Source: Camelus dromedarius (lineage: Eukaryota). Taken from it: a DNA stretch of 64,000 nucleotides. The stretch lies in contig NC_087472.1 in NCBI RefSeq assembly GCF_036321535.1, forward strand, positions 99,140,001 through 99,204,000, read 5' to 3'. Below, piece after piece: positions 1 to 12,794 of this stretch (positions are counted from its first letter, which is position 1; every line of letters begins with the position of its first letter). The notes below the pieces were generated by a model. The model ran no database searches. It was not told where the DNA came from and worked only from the letters and a program-made list of their open reading frames with translations. The position numbers and the translations under genes are program-made.

Positions 1-787
1 GTTTCTTCATACTACTGTGTCAACAGCACTGCTGATCAGAGTATGGAGCCATGGGGGCTTCTCATTTTGAAGGAGAAAACATCATTGTTAGTTAGAGATA
101 AAATGAGATAAAGCAGTACATTTAGGGGGAAATGTATTTTGGTGAGTGAGTTATTGAGGACAGACAGACAAGCCAAAAAAAGAAAAACAGTGGGAGTTTA
201 ACCAAGTAGAGTTAAGGTCCCAGAGGAAGCTGAAACTGTGTATGTACCAGCCCCAGAATTCCTGGCATTAGAGCCCCCACCTTTTAGTATTGCCATCATG
301 TTGATTTTACTTAAATGTAAATAACATAATAATTAAAGGTAGAGGCATTAGTGGACTGGAAAGAATTTGAGAAGAGTTTGTGCCTCAGACAAAGGATGAG
401 ATCACAAAGGAAAAAATCTGGGTTAAGTGCATAAAAATTACCTTGAACTTGCACACTTGTAGTACCTTCTGGGACCAGCACATACCTGCTGTTTCTCCTT
501 CTGTGCTGGTAAAGTCAGTATTGGTAAAGCATCATCATTTTGGTTGCATGCTCATCTGTTCTGCTTATTGGCCTAGCTGCCTATAAGGAATCTCAGTCTG
601 AACAGAAAGACAGAAGGGCACTTTCCCAGACTAGAGTCAGAGCAACTGAAGGAACTGCTCCCCAGATTGCTTCCCCTGCCCTGCACACCACCCACTGGCT
701 GGCTCAGCCAGAGTTGGGAGTGGAAGGAGAACAGGCATTCAACACCTTTTTCCTTCCTCTTCTCTTTCTCCTGCTCTCCTTCCGTCC

Positions 788-900
788 TTCAATAAACATG
801 AATTGAGAACCTAACAAATGCCAATTACTCTGTTAGACACTGAGAGCACAAAAATTAATAAGACTGGTCACCAAACTGAAGTAGTTCATGGTCTTAAGGG
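788..900 (-). mobile_element. L2 LINE 3' fragment (ancient)
   Basis: ttcaataaacatgaattgagaacctaac...ttagacactgagagcacaaaaattaataagac resembles the reverse complement of the L2 3' end. Confidence 0.55.
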
Positions 901-999
901 AAAATGTGTATCCTACAAGCACCTTTAACTCAACAAAAATCATGTATTCTAATCCTTATGTTACTCCCAACTCCTCCCCATCCTAGCCCCTTTTCCTGA

Positions 1000-1350
1000 C
1001 TTCTCTGTTTCTATTACAGGTAATCAAAGGTTATCCAAGCTTTAAAACTCTAGATTTATCACTCAGTTTCTGAAATAAGCATCCTTCCTTTCCTTTTCTA
1101 TTGCCATGTCCTTGGTTCAGATCCTCATTAATTTTCTTTTGAACTGATGTTCTTGCTAGCCTCCCTGCTTCTAGTGTCTTCCCAATTCAATTCATTCTGC
1201 TCAAAGCCACAGAATTCATTTTCTTCAAGCATGGCACTGAGTATATCAATATCCTAGACAAAACAATCATGGACTCCACACAAAGTATGTATTCAAGGTA
1301 CCTACCAGCTGACCCCAACCTATCTTTCCAGTGTATTTTCCACCATTCCA
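1000..1350 (+). mobile_element. L2 LINE fragment
   Basis: ctccctgcttctagtgtcttcccaattcaattcattctgctcaaagccacagaattcattttcttc matches the L2 3' region pattern. Confidence 0.55.
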
Positions 1351-1379
1351 AATGCATAATTTGTTCTCAACTGTATTAG

Positions 1380-1835
1380 TGTGCAAGGCTGAATAATGGC
1401 ACTCAAAGATGTCTATGTCCCAATCCCCAGAACCTGTGAACCTTTCATAGTAAAAAGGACTTTGCAGATATGATTAAGTTAAAGATTTTGAGATGGGAAG
1501 ATTATCATGACTTACCCACATGGGTCCAGTGTAATCACAAAGGTTCTTATAAGAGAGAGATAGGACTGGAGAAGGCAATGTGACAACAGAAGCAGAGATT
1601 AGAGTGAGGCAACCATAAATCAAGGAATGTCAACAGTCTCTGGAACCTGGAAGAGGCAAGAACAGATTCTTTCCTGGAGCTTCCAGAAGGAACCAGCCCT
1701 GTTGACATCTTGATTTTAGCCTCATAAGACACATCTTGGACTTCTGATCTCCAAAACTGTCAAAGAACTAATCTGTATTGCTTTAATTTACTAAGGTTGT
1801 GGCATTTGTTATAGCAGTAATAGGACTCTAACACA
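1380..1835 (+). mobile_element. MaLR solo LTR (MLT1C/D-like)
   Basis: tg...ca ends; gctgaataatggc, aaaggactttgcagatatgattaagttaaagattttgagatgg, ttccagaaggaaccagccctgttgacatcttgatttt, ttgttatagcagtaatagg. Confidence 0.85.
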
Positions 1836-2258
1836 CATAACAACTACAGAATCCTAGTTGCATACAAACATAAACATTTACTTCTGGCTCACATGTCTAC
1901 AGGTCAGCTGAGCTGTTGATCACAGAGGGGTTCTGCTGGCTCCCCACTATTGGTTCAGTTCATGTCTACTCCATGTATCTCTCATTCTTCTGGAAATAGC
2001 AAGTTGTACAGAAAATATCCTTCTCATTTGAAAGAAAGGGATGCCAAAGCACAAGTCTAACTAGTCAAGTACATTTCAAGCATTTGCTCCTATCACAACT
2101 GCTTGCATTCCATTGGTCAAAGCAGTTTACTTGGACAAACCCAAGATCAATGGGGCAGTAAAATACCTCATTTCTAGTGGGAGGAACGTCAGAGTCTTAG
2201 GGCAAGGGGCATAGATTTAGGGAGGGTTGAAATAATAGGAATAATAAGGCAATATACC
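1836..2258 (-). mobile_element. older MLT1-family LTR, interrupted by the 1380-1835 LTR (its end tgtattag lies at ~1372)
   Basis: catttacttctggctcacatgtctacaggtcagctg and cattccattggtcaaagcagtttacttggacaaacccaagatcaatgggg are antisense MLT1H-K-like motifs. Confidence 0.6.
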
Positions 2259-2483
2259 CAGTGGTGTACTGGTAGACCAGCTTTCAAAAAAAAAAAAAAA
2301 ACAAAAAACAAATAAACAAGAACAAAATAAACAAACAAAAAAAGCCCTGATTTATAGAATTAGTGAATATTCTTATCATGGTTGATTTCAAGCTACCAAC
2401 ACAATGTCACTAAACATGAAACTGGAAAGAGATGCACCCAATGGGCTTTCATAGCCAATACCAGTTAGTTCCGCATAGCATTG
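2259..2483. mobile_element. MER63-like hAT-Blackjack non-autonomous DNA transposon with an internal A-rich expansion (2286-2343)
   Basis: starts cagtggtgtactggta; aaagccctgattt...gatttcaagctaccaac...tgtcactaaac...aagagatgc; degenerate right TIR. Confidence 0.8.
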
Positions 2484-2559
2484 AGTCTGCATATCAGTCA
2501 AACCAGTCTCATGCCATTGAATCCTACTAAAATTTGTACCAAGCTTCTCTGTTTTCCTA

Positions 2560-2786
2560 ACTAGAAATTATTCCTCCCTCCTTGGCATTTTCATAGCACT
2601 TTCTTGTGGGTATTTTTTTCACTTACTTTTCTGGAATATCTCTCGTGCATCTTGACATATGCTCACTAGTTTTAAAGGCACTAGAAGGTAGGGACTGTAT
2701 CTAACACAACTTGAGATCCTATAGCACTTTGCATACAGTGGGTATTAATAACTATCTAATGGATGAATGAATGAATGAATGAATGA
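2560..2786 (+). mobile_element. L2 3' end with (GAAT)n tail
   Basis: aaggtagggactgtatct...tagcactttgcatacagtgggtattaataac...gaatgaatgaatgaatga. Confidence 0.7.
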
Positions 2787-3864
2787 GACACATAAAAGGA
2801 TAAAAATATTAATTAGATTCAATTGGACAGGTGATATTTTGGCAGAACAAACTCATCTGAAAGAAATAGGCCAACTAAGAGTTCCAGGGAACCAGTAACG
2901 TAATCCCAGAGAACACAAGAGTCCTGAGCATGTGCAGTGGGCCAGAAGCTTTGTCTTCCTAACCTATTCAAAGCTGAGTATTTAAAAAACCCCACAGAAG
3001 CTAATTCTGACCAAACAAAACATTCTCTTCTCCACCATTAGGAAACAGAAGCTCTAACACCCACAGAGAATTTGGAAGCCCTCAATGACTGGAGCAGTAG
3101 AAAATGAGTCTGCTTCATAATCCATAGCAGTTTTGCAGAAATCCTCCATTTTTATTGTTAGGAGGAAGCCACGGCTCTTACCACCTGGCAGCTGTCGAGA
3201 CCTGGGATTCAAATTGGTAGAACCAGACTGGTTTCCTTTGGAAATACCTTTTTCAGTCCTATTATCAAACTCGTCCCTGTGATTGAGGTGCTCTTCCAAC
3301 CTCAGTGCGAAGCACAGAGATGGAGTCTGTTTGGAATTGAGATTGTTACTGAGGCGATTTTTAGAGTATGTAATTCAAACACGTTCATTGGTAGGGTAAG
3401 AAAGTACACAGCCACTGCGGCTATCCCCTGCTGTGTTCATGAAATGAAAAATAAGACTTTCTTTCATTTCTATTGCTTTTGGTCTTTTTAAAGCCCTTGC
3501 ATACTAGGAGAAAGGGATTTTTAAAAAATGAAATGCAGATAGAGTTCTTTTTCCCTTAAACAAATCATATTTGGTACAGATAGCAAAGCCTTGGTAAATA
3601 AAATGTACACAAAGGCCATATTCCCTTTCTTCATAAAGAAGCAGGAATAGCTTTATATGTGTAGGGAGAAAGCTTACAGATCTAGACAATGTTCCTTCTG
3701 GAATGAGGCAAATCTGTCTTGTGGGAAAATTTATCCCTCCCTTGGTCTGCCATTTCAATAATTTCCCTTCCTACATAGCATGAAATGTCCACAATTATAG
3801 TGGCTTCTCTGGATTAAACAATAAGGCTGGACATTGATTCAAATGGCTCCAATGAAAACATAAT

Positions 3865-3996
3865 TGTTTGTTCATTCAATTAACCATTTATTGTATACCT
3901 ACTGTGTTCTTGACACAGTGTTTGACACTAAGGATTCCAAGATTAATTTTTAAAAATGAAACAAGAATAAAAGGGAATCCCTCTTCTTAAGGAGCT
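3865..3996 (-). mobile_element. L2 3' end; host of the L1 at 3997, continues at 5086-5120 and ~5745-5900
   Basis: ttcattcaattaaccatttattgtatacctactgtgttcttgacacagtg...ctcttcttaaggagct. Confidence 0.7.
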
Positions 3997-5085
3997 AAGC
4001 TTCTGCACAGCAAAGGAAACCGTAAGTAAAACAAAATGACAACCTATGGAATGGGAGAAAACTTTTGCGAATGATGAAACTGACAAAGGCTTGATCTCCA
4101 GAACATATAAGTAGCTCATACAACTTAATAAGAAAAAAACAAACAATCCCATCCAAAAATGGGCAGAAGAGCTAAACAAGCAATTCTCCAAGGAAGAAAT
4201 ACAAATGATCTATAGGCACACGAAAAAATGCTCAATATCACTAATTATCAGAGAAATACAAATCAAAACTACAATGAGGTATCACCTCACACCAGTCAGA
4301 ATGGACATCATTCAAAAGTCCACAAATGATAAATGCTGGAGAGGGTATGGAGAAAAGGGAACCCTCCTACACTGCTGGTGGGAATGCAGGTTGGTGCAGC
4401 CATTGTAGAAAACAGTATGGTGACTCCTTAAAAGACTAGGAATAGACTTACCATAGGACCCAGGAATCCTGCTCCTGGGCATATATCCAGAAGGAACCCT
4501 ACTTCAGGATGACACCTGCACCCCAATGTTCATAGCAGCACTATTGACAATAGCCAAGACATGGAAACAGCCTAAATGTCCATCAACAGATGACTGGATA
4601 AAGAAGATGTGGTACATTTATACAACGGAATACTATTCAGCCATAAAAACCGAGAACATAACACCATTTGCAGCAACATGGATGCTCCTGGAGAATGTCA
4701 TTCTAAGTGAAGTAAGCCAGAAAGAGAAAGAAAAATACCATGTGAGATCGCTCATATATGGAATCTAAAAAACAAACAAACAAAAAAAACATAAATACAA
4801 AACAGAAACAGACTCATAGTCATAGAATACAAACTTGTAGTTGCCAAGGGGGAGGGTATGGGAAGGGACAGACTGGGAGTTCAAAATGTAGAATAGATAA
4901 ACAAGATTGTACTGTATAGTACAGGGAAATATATACAAGATCTTGTGGTAGCTCACAGCGAAAAAAATGTGACAATGAATATATATATGTTCATGTATAA
5001 CTCAAAAATTGTGCTCTACACTGGAATTTGACACAACATTGTAAAATGACTATAACTCAATTAAAAAATGTTAAAAAAAAAAAAA
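3997..5085 (+). mobile_element. young 5'-truncated L1 (lineage-specific, 3' UTR type 1): ORF2 C-terminus remnant, 3' UTR, poly(A)
   Basis: ORFs 4205-4408 ([18 protein letters not shown]ys-rich domain) and 4526-4768 (MFIAALLTIAKTWKQPKCPS); A-tail; candidate TSD aaggagct 3989-3996 / aaggatct 5084-5091. Confidence 0.95.
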
Positions 5086-6199
5086 GGATCTTAGCGTCAA
5101 ATAGGGAAAATAGACATAAAAAGTTGGGGCTTAGGTGTCCTCACATCTGATCAGACACATGGATTGAAAATCTATTATTAAGGGGTGAAGCCAGTGTTCA
5201 AATATTAACAGTGGTACAGATTCCATTGGATCTTACCCCACATACTTTTTGAAAACCTCAGATTTCTTTAAGGTATGCCTTTAAGATCTCTGGTAGTTCT
5301 CATGGAATATTTTATATATACTCATAAAGATAAGCAGTCTGACCAAGAACCTCTGTGTCCTGGCCCAATGGACTGGATTTCTCATGCGAGATGCTCAGTA
5401 GTACATCCCTTCTGGGTAACATTCTGTTGGGTGGGATCCTGGGTTCTCCAATATCTTACAAATATTTAAGGATTCTGTCTTTTGTCTCATGGGCCGTGTT
5501 CTCCCTATGGGCCTATACTAGTGCAAGGGACAAATCTGAATGGCAAACTCATGCTATACTCTAAATTCCCATTTCCTTGGAATTCCTAAGTCATTACATA
5601 TTGAACCATCCTTTTTGGGCCTGCCTTTTTCTTCCTTCAAGGTGATCTGGCTCACAAAAAGGCCTTTCCACTTGTCGAGAAGTCATGATTAGACATATCT
5701 GCAAAGTTCTAAGATTCAAGCTGGGACCATTGCTACTCTTATAATATTTAAGCAGTTTGACCAGGGTAGCCTAGTGGAAAAACCAGAGAAAGCTTCCAAT
5801 AGAAAGTCACACACAGGCTAAGGGTTAAAGGCTGAATCAAGAGTTTCCCAAGTAAAGATGAGGAATGAAAATTCCAGCATTGAGGTAGAATAAGCAAAGG
5901 ACTACATTTCATTTTAAAATTGCATCGTATAAGCTATTATCTTTGTCTTGTAGTGCACATGGTGGGTGTATGTTCCATTTCTAGTATTACACATTAACCT
6001 ATCACTGGTCTAGTCAGTGTCAGTGGATTGATACAGTTTGGAATATACCAGTGTGTCAGCTTCTTTGCCTATTTTTTGCAGACACCATAAGTTACAGTAA
6101 TACCTGTGCAAATCATAATTGGTAATTAAATTGAAATACTTATTTTAATTATAATATAACTAAATTACTCTTTTAGTTTCAAAAAAGATGGAAAATTTT

Positions 6200-8915
6200 T
6201 TTTTCTGTTTAAAATGAAGGCATACAACTGATACAGAATTGAGAGGGAATGCAGAAGCTAGTCCTAAGACCAGAACAGGAAAGAAACAAATTAGAATAAG
6301 GTATGCCACAAAGTTCACAATGAATGACAATTGGAATTTGTTACACCAGAACAAAACCAAAAAGCTATTTGTGTGTAAAACACTTCAGAAGAAAATAAAG
6401 TGGAAAATTTTAAGAAAATATTTTAAAATAAATAAAATGTATTTCAGCCAATATATAATGAATTTGATAAGAAGTTTTGTTATCAGTAGTCAAAAAAAAA
6501 AAAAAAAGAATCAGTGAAATGGGTCACCTGAAATCAGAATGAAAGGTCTAACAAAAAGTTTTTAAATGATTCATAACTTTATCCAGCTATGTAATGGCTT
6601 GGATTCTTGCACACACAAAGAGAAAAGTGTACTTAGATAGAGAAATAATAAAAAGATTTATTGTTTCAGTTGTGAAAATTGTGTTTGAAAAATTACAAGA
6701 TAAAGATTTTAAATGATATTTTACAAAAACTGAAAGATTGTCAATCATGCCACCAATTACCTGTGGAATGAATACAAGATCTTTCTAACAGGTTCAAAGA
6801 TCAATTGACTCAAAATTTGAAAAATTGCATGTACTTTTCTCTAGTTTTAGATGAGTCATGCAATGTAAGTGACACTGCCCAATAATACTTTGGGTACATT
6901 TTGTCTCCAAGGACTTACAAATTTATAAAGAAATGATGTTAGGAGCCTAAAAATCAAATCCATGGTGTAGATATTTTTAAATTTTTACATCTGTCAAAGA
7001 AAAACTTCAGCTAGATATGAAAAAATTCATATCTATAATAACAGATGATGCTTCAGCTATATTAATTTTTAAAATATGGATTTATTGAAGTTTTAAACAA
7101 AAGACTGATGTTTCTCTTATTGCTTTGTTCCACTGTATAATACATATTGAAAATATTTGTGCTCAGTTTGCTGAAGCAAACCTAAGAAAAGTGTCATGGA
7201 TACAGTTATTAAAATTGTTCAGTACACATGCAAATGCTATGAATCATTGCCAGTTTATGGAACTGTTGACAGAAATAGAAGACAATGATCGTCTGTTCTT
7301 TGCCAATGCTTATTGGCTGAGTTGTAGAAGAGCTTTGCAAGATTTATTGTACAGTACTTTTAAATAAAATTCAAGATTTTCTTAAAGCAAGAGGAATGCT
7401 TGCCAAATAGTCAATAACCAAAGATAAAAATGGCAGTGGGATTTACATTTTTTCACTGATTTCACATTGCACATGAATAACTAAACTTTTATACCAGCTT
7501 TATTGAAATATAATTCACATACCATACAGTTCACTCAGTTAAAGAATACAGTTCAATGATATCTTAGCATATTCACAGAGTTGTGTTGCCATCACCATAG
7601 TCTAACTTTAGAACATTTTCATAACCCCGAAAGAAATCCCACACCCATTAGCAGTCATTCTCCATTTCCCCCCAGTTTCCCCCTTCCTCTGCCCCTGGTA
7701 GTCACCAATTTACTTTCTATCTCCATGTATTTGTCTCTATGGATTCTATACGTTTCATATAAATGGAATCATACACTATGTGGTCCTCTGTGACAGGCTT
7801 CTATGAACTATCATAATGATTTCAAGGTTCATCCATATTGTAGCATGTGTCGGTACTTAATTTCTTTTTATTGCTGAACAATGTTCCATTATGTGAATAT
7901 ATAACATTTTATTTATCCATTCATCAGTTGGTGACATTTGTATTGTTTCCACATTCTGGCTACTATAAATAATGCTGCTATGGACATTTGTATACAAGTT
8001 TTTGTGTATACGTATGTTTTCGTTTCTCTTGTGTGTATACCTGGAAGTGGAATTGCTAGGTCATGTGGTAACTTTATGTTTACCTTTGTGAGGACGTGCA
8101 AAACTCTTCTCCAAAGTGGCTGCACCATTTTAAATTCTCTCCAGCAGAATGAGGGCTCCAGTTTCTCCACATCCTTGCCAACACAGCTATTCTCTGTCTT
8201 TTTGATTATAGCCATCCTAGTGGGTGTGAAGTGGTATCTCGTTGTGGTTTTGATCTGCATTTCCCTGATGGCTAATGATGTTGAGGAATGAGCTCGTTTT
8301 GAAACTCCAATGAAAGGAAAAGCTTATTTGTGAACTAGATAGGTATGGGAATTTATGCTGAAATTGAAACTTTTCATAATGTAAATTACTGATGATGATT
8401 TTTCGCATTTTTCTAACATGAAACAGTACGCAGAGGATTTAAACTGTAATTGATAGCATTATGTAAGTTGGCTACAAAAAAAAAAAACTAGAGGAAAAAT
8501 TTGAAGAATCTTTATTTGATAAATTGAGTTGTTTTTCAATTTTTACAATATCCTTTTGAACTTATTAATCATACTGAGTTGACATAAGGTTTAGTGAATT
8601 TACTTGGACAGATATAGTTTGAAACTGATAGACTTTTTATTCAAAGTCAAGTCAAGTCTTCTACAATCAATAAACCAGTTTTGTCAATGTGGATGTAAAT
8701 ATTCAAGGCATGATTTTTTGATACTTGCTTGATTTCAGCTATTGGAAAACTTCTAAATATGTTTGGAAAAACTTAGGGATGTGAATCTACTTTTTCAACT
8801 GAAAGCTATATGAAATCTAAATTCAGTGCAAGTATTCCCACTGAAAACTTAACAAGCAAATTGAGATGTACTGTAAGTATAAAACACATGCCAATTTTCA
8901 AAGACTCAGTATGAA
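6200..8915 (+). pseudogene. decayed hAT (Charlie) transposase with stops and frameshifts
   Basis: YFSLVLDESCNVSDTAQ* 6832-6885; IITDDASA ~7035; FHCIIH and WLS in ORF 7125-7367; MFGKT*GCESTFS ~8759 (hAT dimerisation domain). Confidence 0.85.
7487..8285 (-). mobile_element. L1MB-like 3' fragment nested in the hAT transposase
   Basis: cagctttattgaaatataattcacataccatacagttcac (antisense L1MB 3' end); ORF 7913-8260 is ORF2 C-terminus (QIKTTTRYHFTPTRMA). Confidence 0.9.
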
Positions 8916-9649
8916 AAAAATAATGTAAAATATCTCAATAATATATTTTTCATTTTGATTATATGTGGAAATGATAATATTTGCATATACTGGGCTTAGT
9001 AAATTATGTCATTTAAATTAATTTGACTTGTTTCCTTTTCCTCTTTGCAATGATTAATTTCAGAGTTTGATCTGTACTGTTAAGGGGGAATACTGGGAGT
9101 AAAATTCTGTGTATAAAGAACAATAGTAAACTGAAATAAGAAGGCAGGCATGTTATCATGAAGATAAGTTGCCAAAACTGGACCTTACCTGCCAGATCAC
9201 TGTTTGTATGGGCCCAGTGCATCCCCAAATAGAGAAATTTTCATGAAGATTAGAAATAAGTAGAATCTTGACCAATTGGAGAGGATTTAAGACCGATTTA
9301 AGTTTTGATGCTGGTGCTTTTGAAAATTCTCATCTATCTACATATTTCTTGATTAGCAGATCATGGCTAGGATATGCAGACAGTTATTGAAACAAATCAA
9401 TACAAGCAGCTAAGGAATACACATGACCAGTGTGTGTGATTATTTTCACTTTGTAGCCAGCTGGATGTAACCAGGAGGGCTGAACAGGAATAATACTACA
9501 GAGAACAATTTAGAAATTTTAGCACAGAAGTGAGCAAGTTGTTAAATGTAAGAAGATTACAAAAGAAGCAGCAAAAATTATTTTTATAACATATATGCTA
9601 CCTCTAAGTATATATACACATATACATTAAAAGTATATGTTTTAAAGTA

Positions 9650-9704
<55 letters not shown>
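9650..9704. repeat. (TG)n(TA)n compound microsatellite
   Basis: direct reading. Confidence 0.95.
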
Positions 9705-9712
<8 letters not shown>

Positions 9713-9744
9713 CCTATATATACATACGACATGATAGATAACAC

Positions 9745-9888
9745 AACATTCACAATATTAGCATTGGTTATCTCTGGAAACCAGAATTATAGGTGAATTT
9801 TATTCTTTTCTCTTTGCTTGACTGTGTTTTATAAATTATCTACAATGAGCATGTATCACTTTTATACTAAAAAAAGTCTTTTAAAAAG
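9745..9888 (+). mobile_element. L1ME-like 3' end
   Basis: ttggttatctctgg...attataggtgaattttattcttttc...tacaatgagcatgtatcacttttat. Confidence 0.65.
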
Positions 9889-10482
9889 TAATCTGAAGAC
9901 CTCCTACCTATGTAATTGAAAGCTGCAGTCTTCTGAGCAGAGCATAACCAGAAATGAAAGAAATTACAAAGAATAAACAATCATCACCTCCCCTCAACAC
10001 ACAGCGTAAAGATGAAAAGGCTTCCAACAAATTAAGTCTCAGTGAAATTCTCCAATAGCCACTTTCAGCCCAGCAGAAAAGCACACATTTTCTCTTTGTT
10101 GCTGGCTTATGTCTGGTCACAAGCCCTCTGGAGCGAGGTGATACCAGACAGCCTCTCCCAAGCTCACCCAGACACGGTTATCTAGGCAGTGCAATGTAGC
10201 AGGTGAGGCTAAGCTTTGTGGGACACCCCGCACTGACTCTGCTCCCGAGAACGCATGAAGACCCCATTAACAAATTCTTAGTTTCCTACTGGGTGCTGAT
10301 TTTGCACATTGCTCTCATTCTCTTAAAATGCAAACATGATGGATTCCTTTCAGGGAGTAAAATGAACAGAAAATGCTTTAAGGTCATGGGGTGAGAGGTG
10401 GGATTCAGTATAAGTGTCTGGAAACTTTGGATTTCCATGGTCAACTGCACACTAAAGAATTTTCCCAAGTGACTCTCTTGGT

Positions 10483-10992
10483 TGTAAAGCTTTTCTCTCT
10501 CAGCTCCAAACCCACCCTGCCCTGTCCTGTTCTTTTCTGTGAAGCAGGAGCTGAGACTCTGCCAGCTACTTTTCATCTTAGCCAGCTGGTCCCTGTTGGA
10601 CTCTGCCAAAAGGGGGCACACCAGGGAATCTGTGAGGATGGAGAAGGGAGAAGGGACTTGCTTATCCCCTTTTGTTCACTGTTTCTGTTAACGTCACTCC
10701 AGTAAGGTTTCTTCACCCAGGCAGTGACATTTGCCCCCTCAGAGATAGCAACACCAGCTGAGCAGCACCCCCACCTCCGAGTTATTAAATTCTAACCATC
10801 TCAACCTCTTCCCTGTGTTCTCCAGTCCTAGAGGTAGGAGCAGCTTTCTGCAGTTACAACCTTGCACTATTTCAGTGTTTCCCGTTTGCCCTTCTGGATC
10901 TCCAATATCTGGTTAACAATTCATTGTATTAAATCCTCTCTGTTAAAATGGCTAATGTGGCTTCTATCCCCTGACTAGATCTGCCAGATAAA
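10483..10992 (+). mobile_element. ERVL solo LTR, LTR33-like
   Basis: tctctcagctccaaacccaccc...gccagctggtccctgttggactctgccaaaagggggc...attaaatcctctctgttaaaat. Confidence 0.8.
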
Positions 10993-11379
10993 GTCAGAGA
11001 ATTCATTCTCAAAAAAGGTGAGGGGCACATTATTAACAGAATATATTAAGCAACTTTCCTCTGTTCTAACAGTTGGGCTTGTAATTAAGGAGACCAAACA
11101 AACAAATGAAACCATGTATTTATAATACATACCTATTACTAACAGCAGGTATACAGACATTTTAAGAATTAGGACCAGATGTGGCTAGAATAATCTAAGC
11201 TATGTAGTTGGTTCAATAAAACTTCAAGAAGGAAATGAATTTTAGGGATGAGTGATACAATGTCTCAGAGAGAAGGAGGAAGGTCATTTTGGTATATAGG
11301 CAATGGCATTTGCACAGGCTTGGATGGGAAAACAAATGAGTCACAGGTACAAGGAAACTAAGACAATCCATCCTCAACC

Positions 11380-12050
11380 TCCTCCCTAGCACTTAGCACA
11401 GAGCCTGAAACATTGGAGATGATCAATAAATATTTGCTTAAAAATTGAATGCAGTGATGGAGTTGGTTTGTTTTGTTGGTGTGGAGAGGTTAGGTAATCT
11501 TGCCCTTGGAAGTCTTAATTGTGTGTGGCAATTCAGAATCATAGCAGGTTCATAATAAGAGGAGCCAGGATTCTAGAAGAAGATATCTGGGAAATATAAT
11601 AGGGGGATGGGAAGTTTGGAGACAGCCAGAAAGTATTGCCTGAGTGTAGAACCCCTGGACTTCAGCACTGATGACAGAAATGGTAAGGAAATGGAAGAAG
11701 GGGAAAGTAGAGGGAAGAATCTACAGTACCTGGAGATCATTGTAAGGATAAAGGAGAAGAGGAAGCCATGACTCCAGTGTTAGGAATCTAAGTGAGAAGA
11801 ACTGCACAGGATTTGAGGAACTAACAGGGTTATCTGAGTTCAGTGTTTAAGTTAACATGGTAGTGGAATGTCCAAATGGAGACTGCCTGTGGGCGGAAGG
11901 GGAAGGTGATACTAAAGGAAAGGAGAAAAATCTCAGGCCTGGAAATGAAGATGTGCAACCCATATATAGAAATACAAATTGTGACTGAGTGGAGAGTCAG
12001 CAGTATAAAAAGAGAGGGGACTCCAAAAGCAGAAGAAACAACTCATGAAC
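11380..12050. mobile_element. L2 fragments in both orientations
   Basis: tagcacttagcacagagcctg...caataaatatttgctt (+ strand 3' end); gagttcagtgtttaag...tgtccaaatggagac...ggaaatgaagatgtg (- strand). Confidence 0.5.
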
Positions 12051-12794
12051 CTGGAGGATTTTTATATAATTTACAATGACCAGTTATTCTGCTTGTAGCC
12101 TGGGAACAAACCCACAAAAAAACAGATTTAAACTAGAGCTTGAGGGATTTAAATTAAATTCAATATTTCCTGACGGTGAGAGAAGTTACAAAATCTTCTC
12201 TAGACTTAAAAAAAAATTGATTCTTATTTGTCTGGGGTGGTGTAACTGTGGACCAGCATAAATGGAGTGAAATAAAATTTATTGTTTGATTTCCCTTCCA
12301 TTCTCATGATTTCCTAGAAGGACTTTTAGTGGCTGGTTAATTCACTCAAGGTCATGTACAGTGAGAGCCAAGTAGAAATCAATTTGCCAAGTCTGAAGTG
12401 GGCTTTCATCTCAAATGGCTGTGTTGTATCTATTCCCTTCAAAGAAACAATAAATGGAGAGAGCACAGCCTCTTGGATGTCTGGTGATTCCCACCATAAT
12501 ACCCCAGACACAACTCTCCCCGGCAATCCCTTATTATTCTCACTGAGTCAGAGCAGCAGAAAGAGTGGGCAGTTAAGATTAAGGAGAGAGATGTCAACAA
12601 ACTTACTCTTCTCAAAACAACTAAAATTTTGGTACTTTCTGCCATCTTCAGTCAAAGTAATGCAAACTCTCAATAACAAAAATAATAAGAGCAAGCATTT
12701 TGAACTATGGCACTCCACTGACATCTCCATGATAAGGATTTTTGAGAAATCATTTTATTTAATCTATACAATAAACAATGAAATAAATACTCTC

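Larger units (their letters stand above)
5900..9052 (+). mobile_element. Charlie5-like hAT DNA transposon fossil (autonomous relative of MER33/MER3), interrupted by L1 at 7487-8285
   Basis: readable transposase motifs; 8860-9052 (ttgagatgtactgtaagtataaaacac...aagactcagtatgaaaaaa...aaattaatttgacttgtttcc) matches the segment shared with MER33; TIRs not recognised. Confidence 0.8.

Noticed and set aside
3054..3299. 81-aa minus-strand ORF with protein-like composition
   Set aside because: Non-ATG start, no homology recognised and no clear splice sites.
7125..7367. Domesticated hAT gene (GTF2IRD2/EPM2AIP1/ZBED-like)
   Set aside because: In-frame stops (e.g. after DTAQ at 6883), frameshifts and an L1 insertion show neutral decay.
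10124..10202. Possible internal exon (ag acceptor after a pyrimidine tract, cag|gtgagg donor)
   Set aside because: Splice-like signals alone are common; no coding homology or partner exons found.
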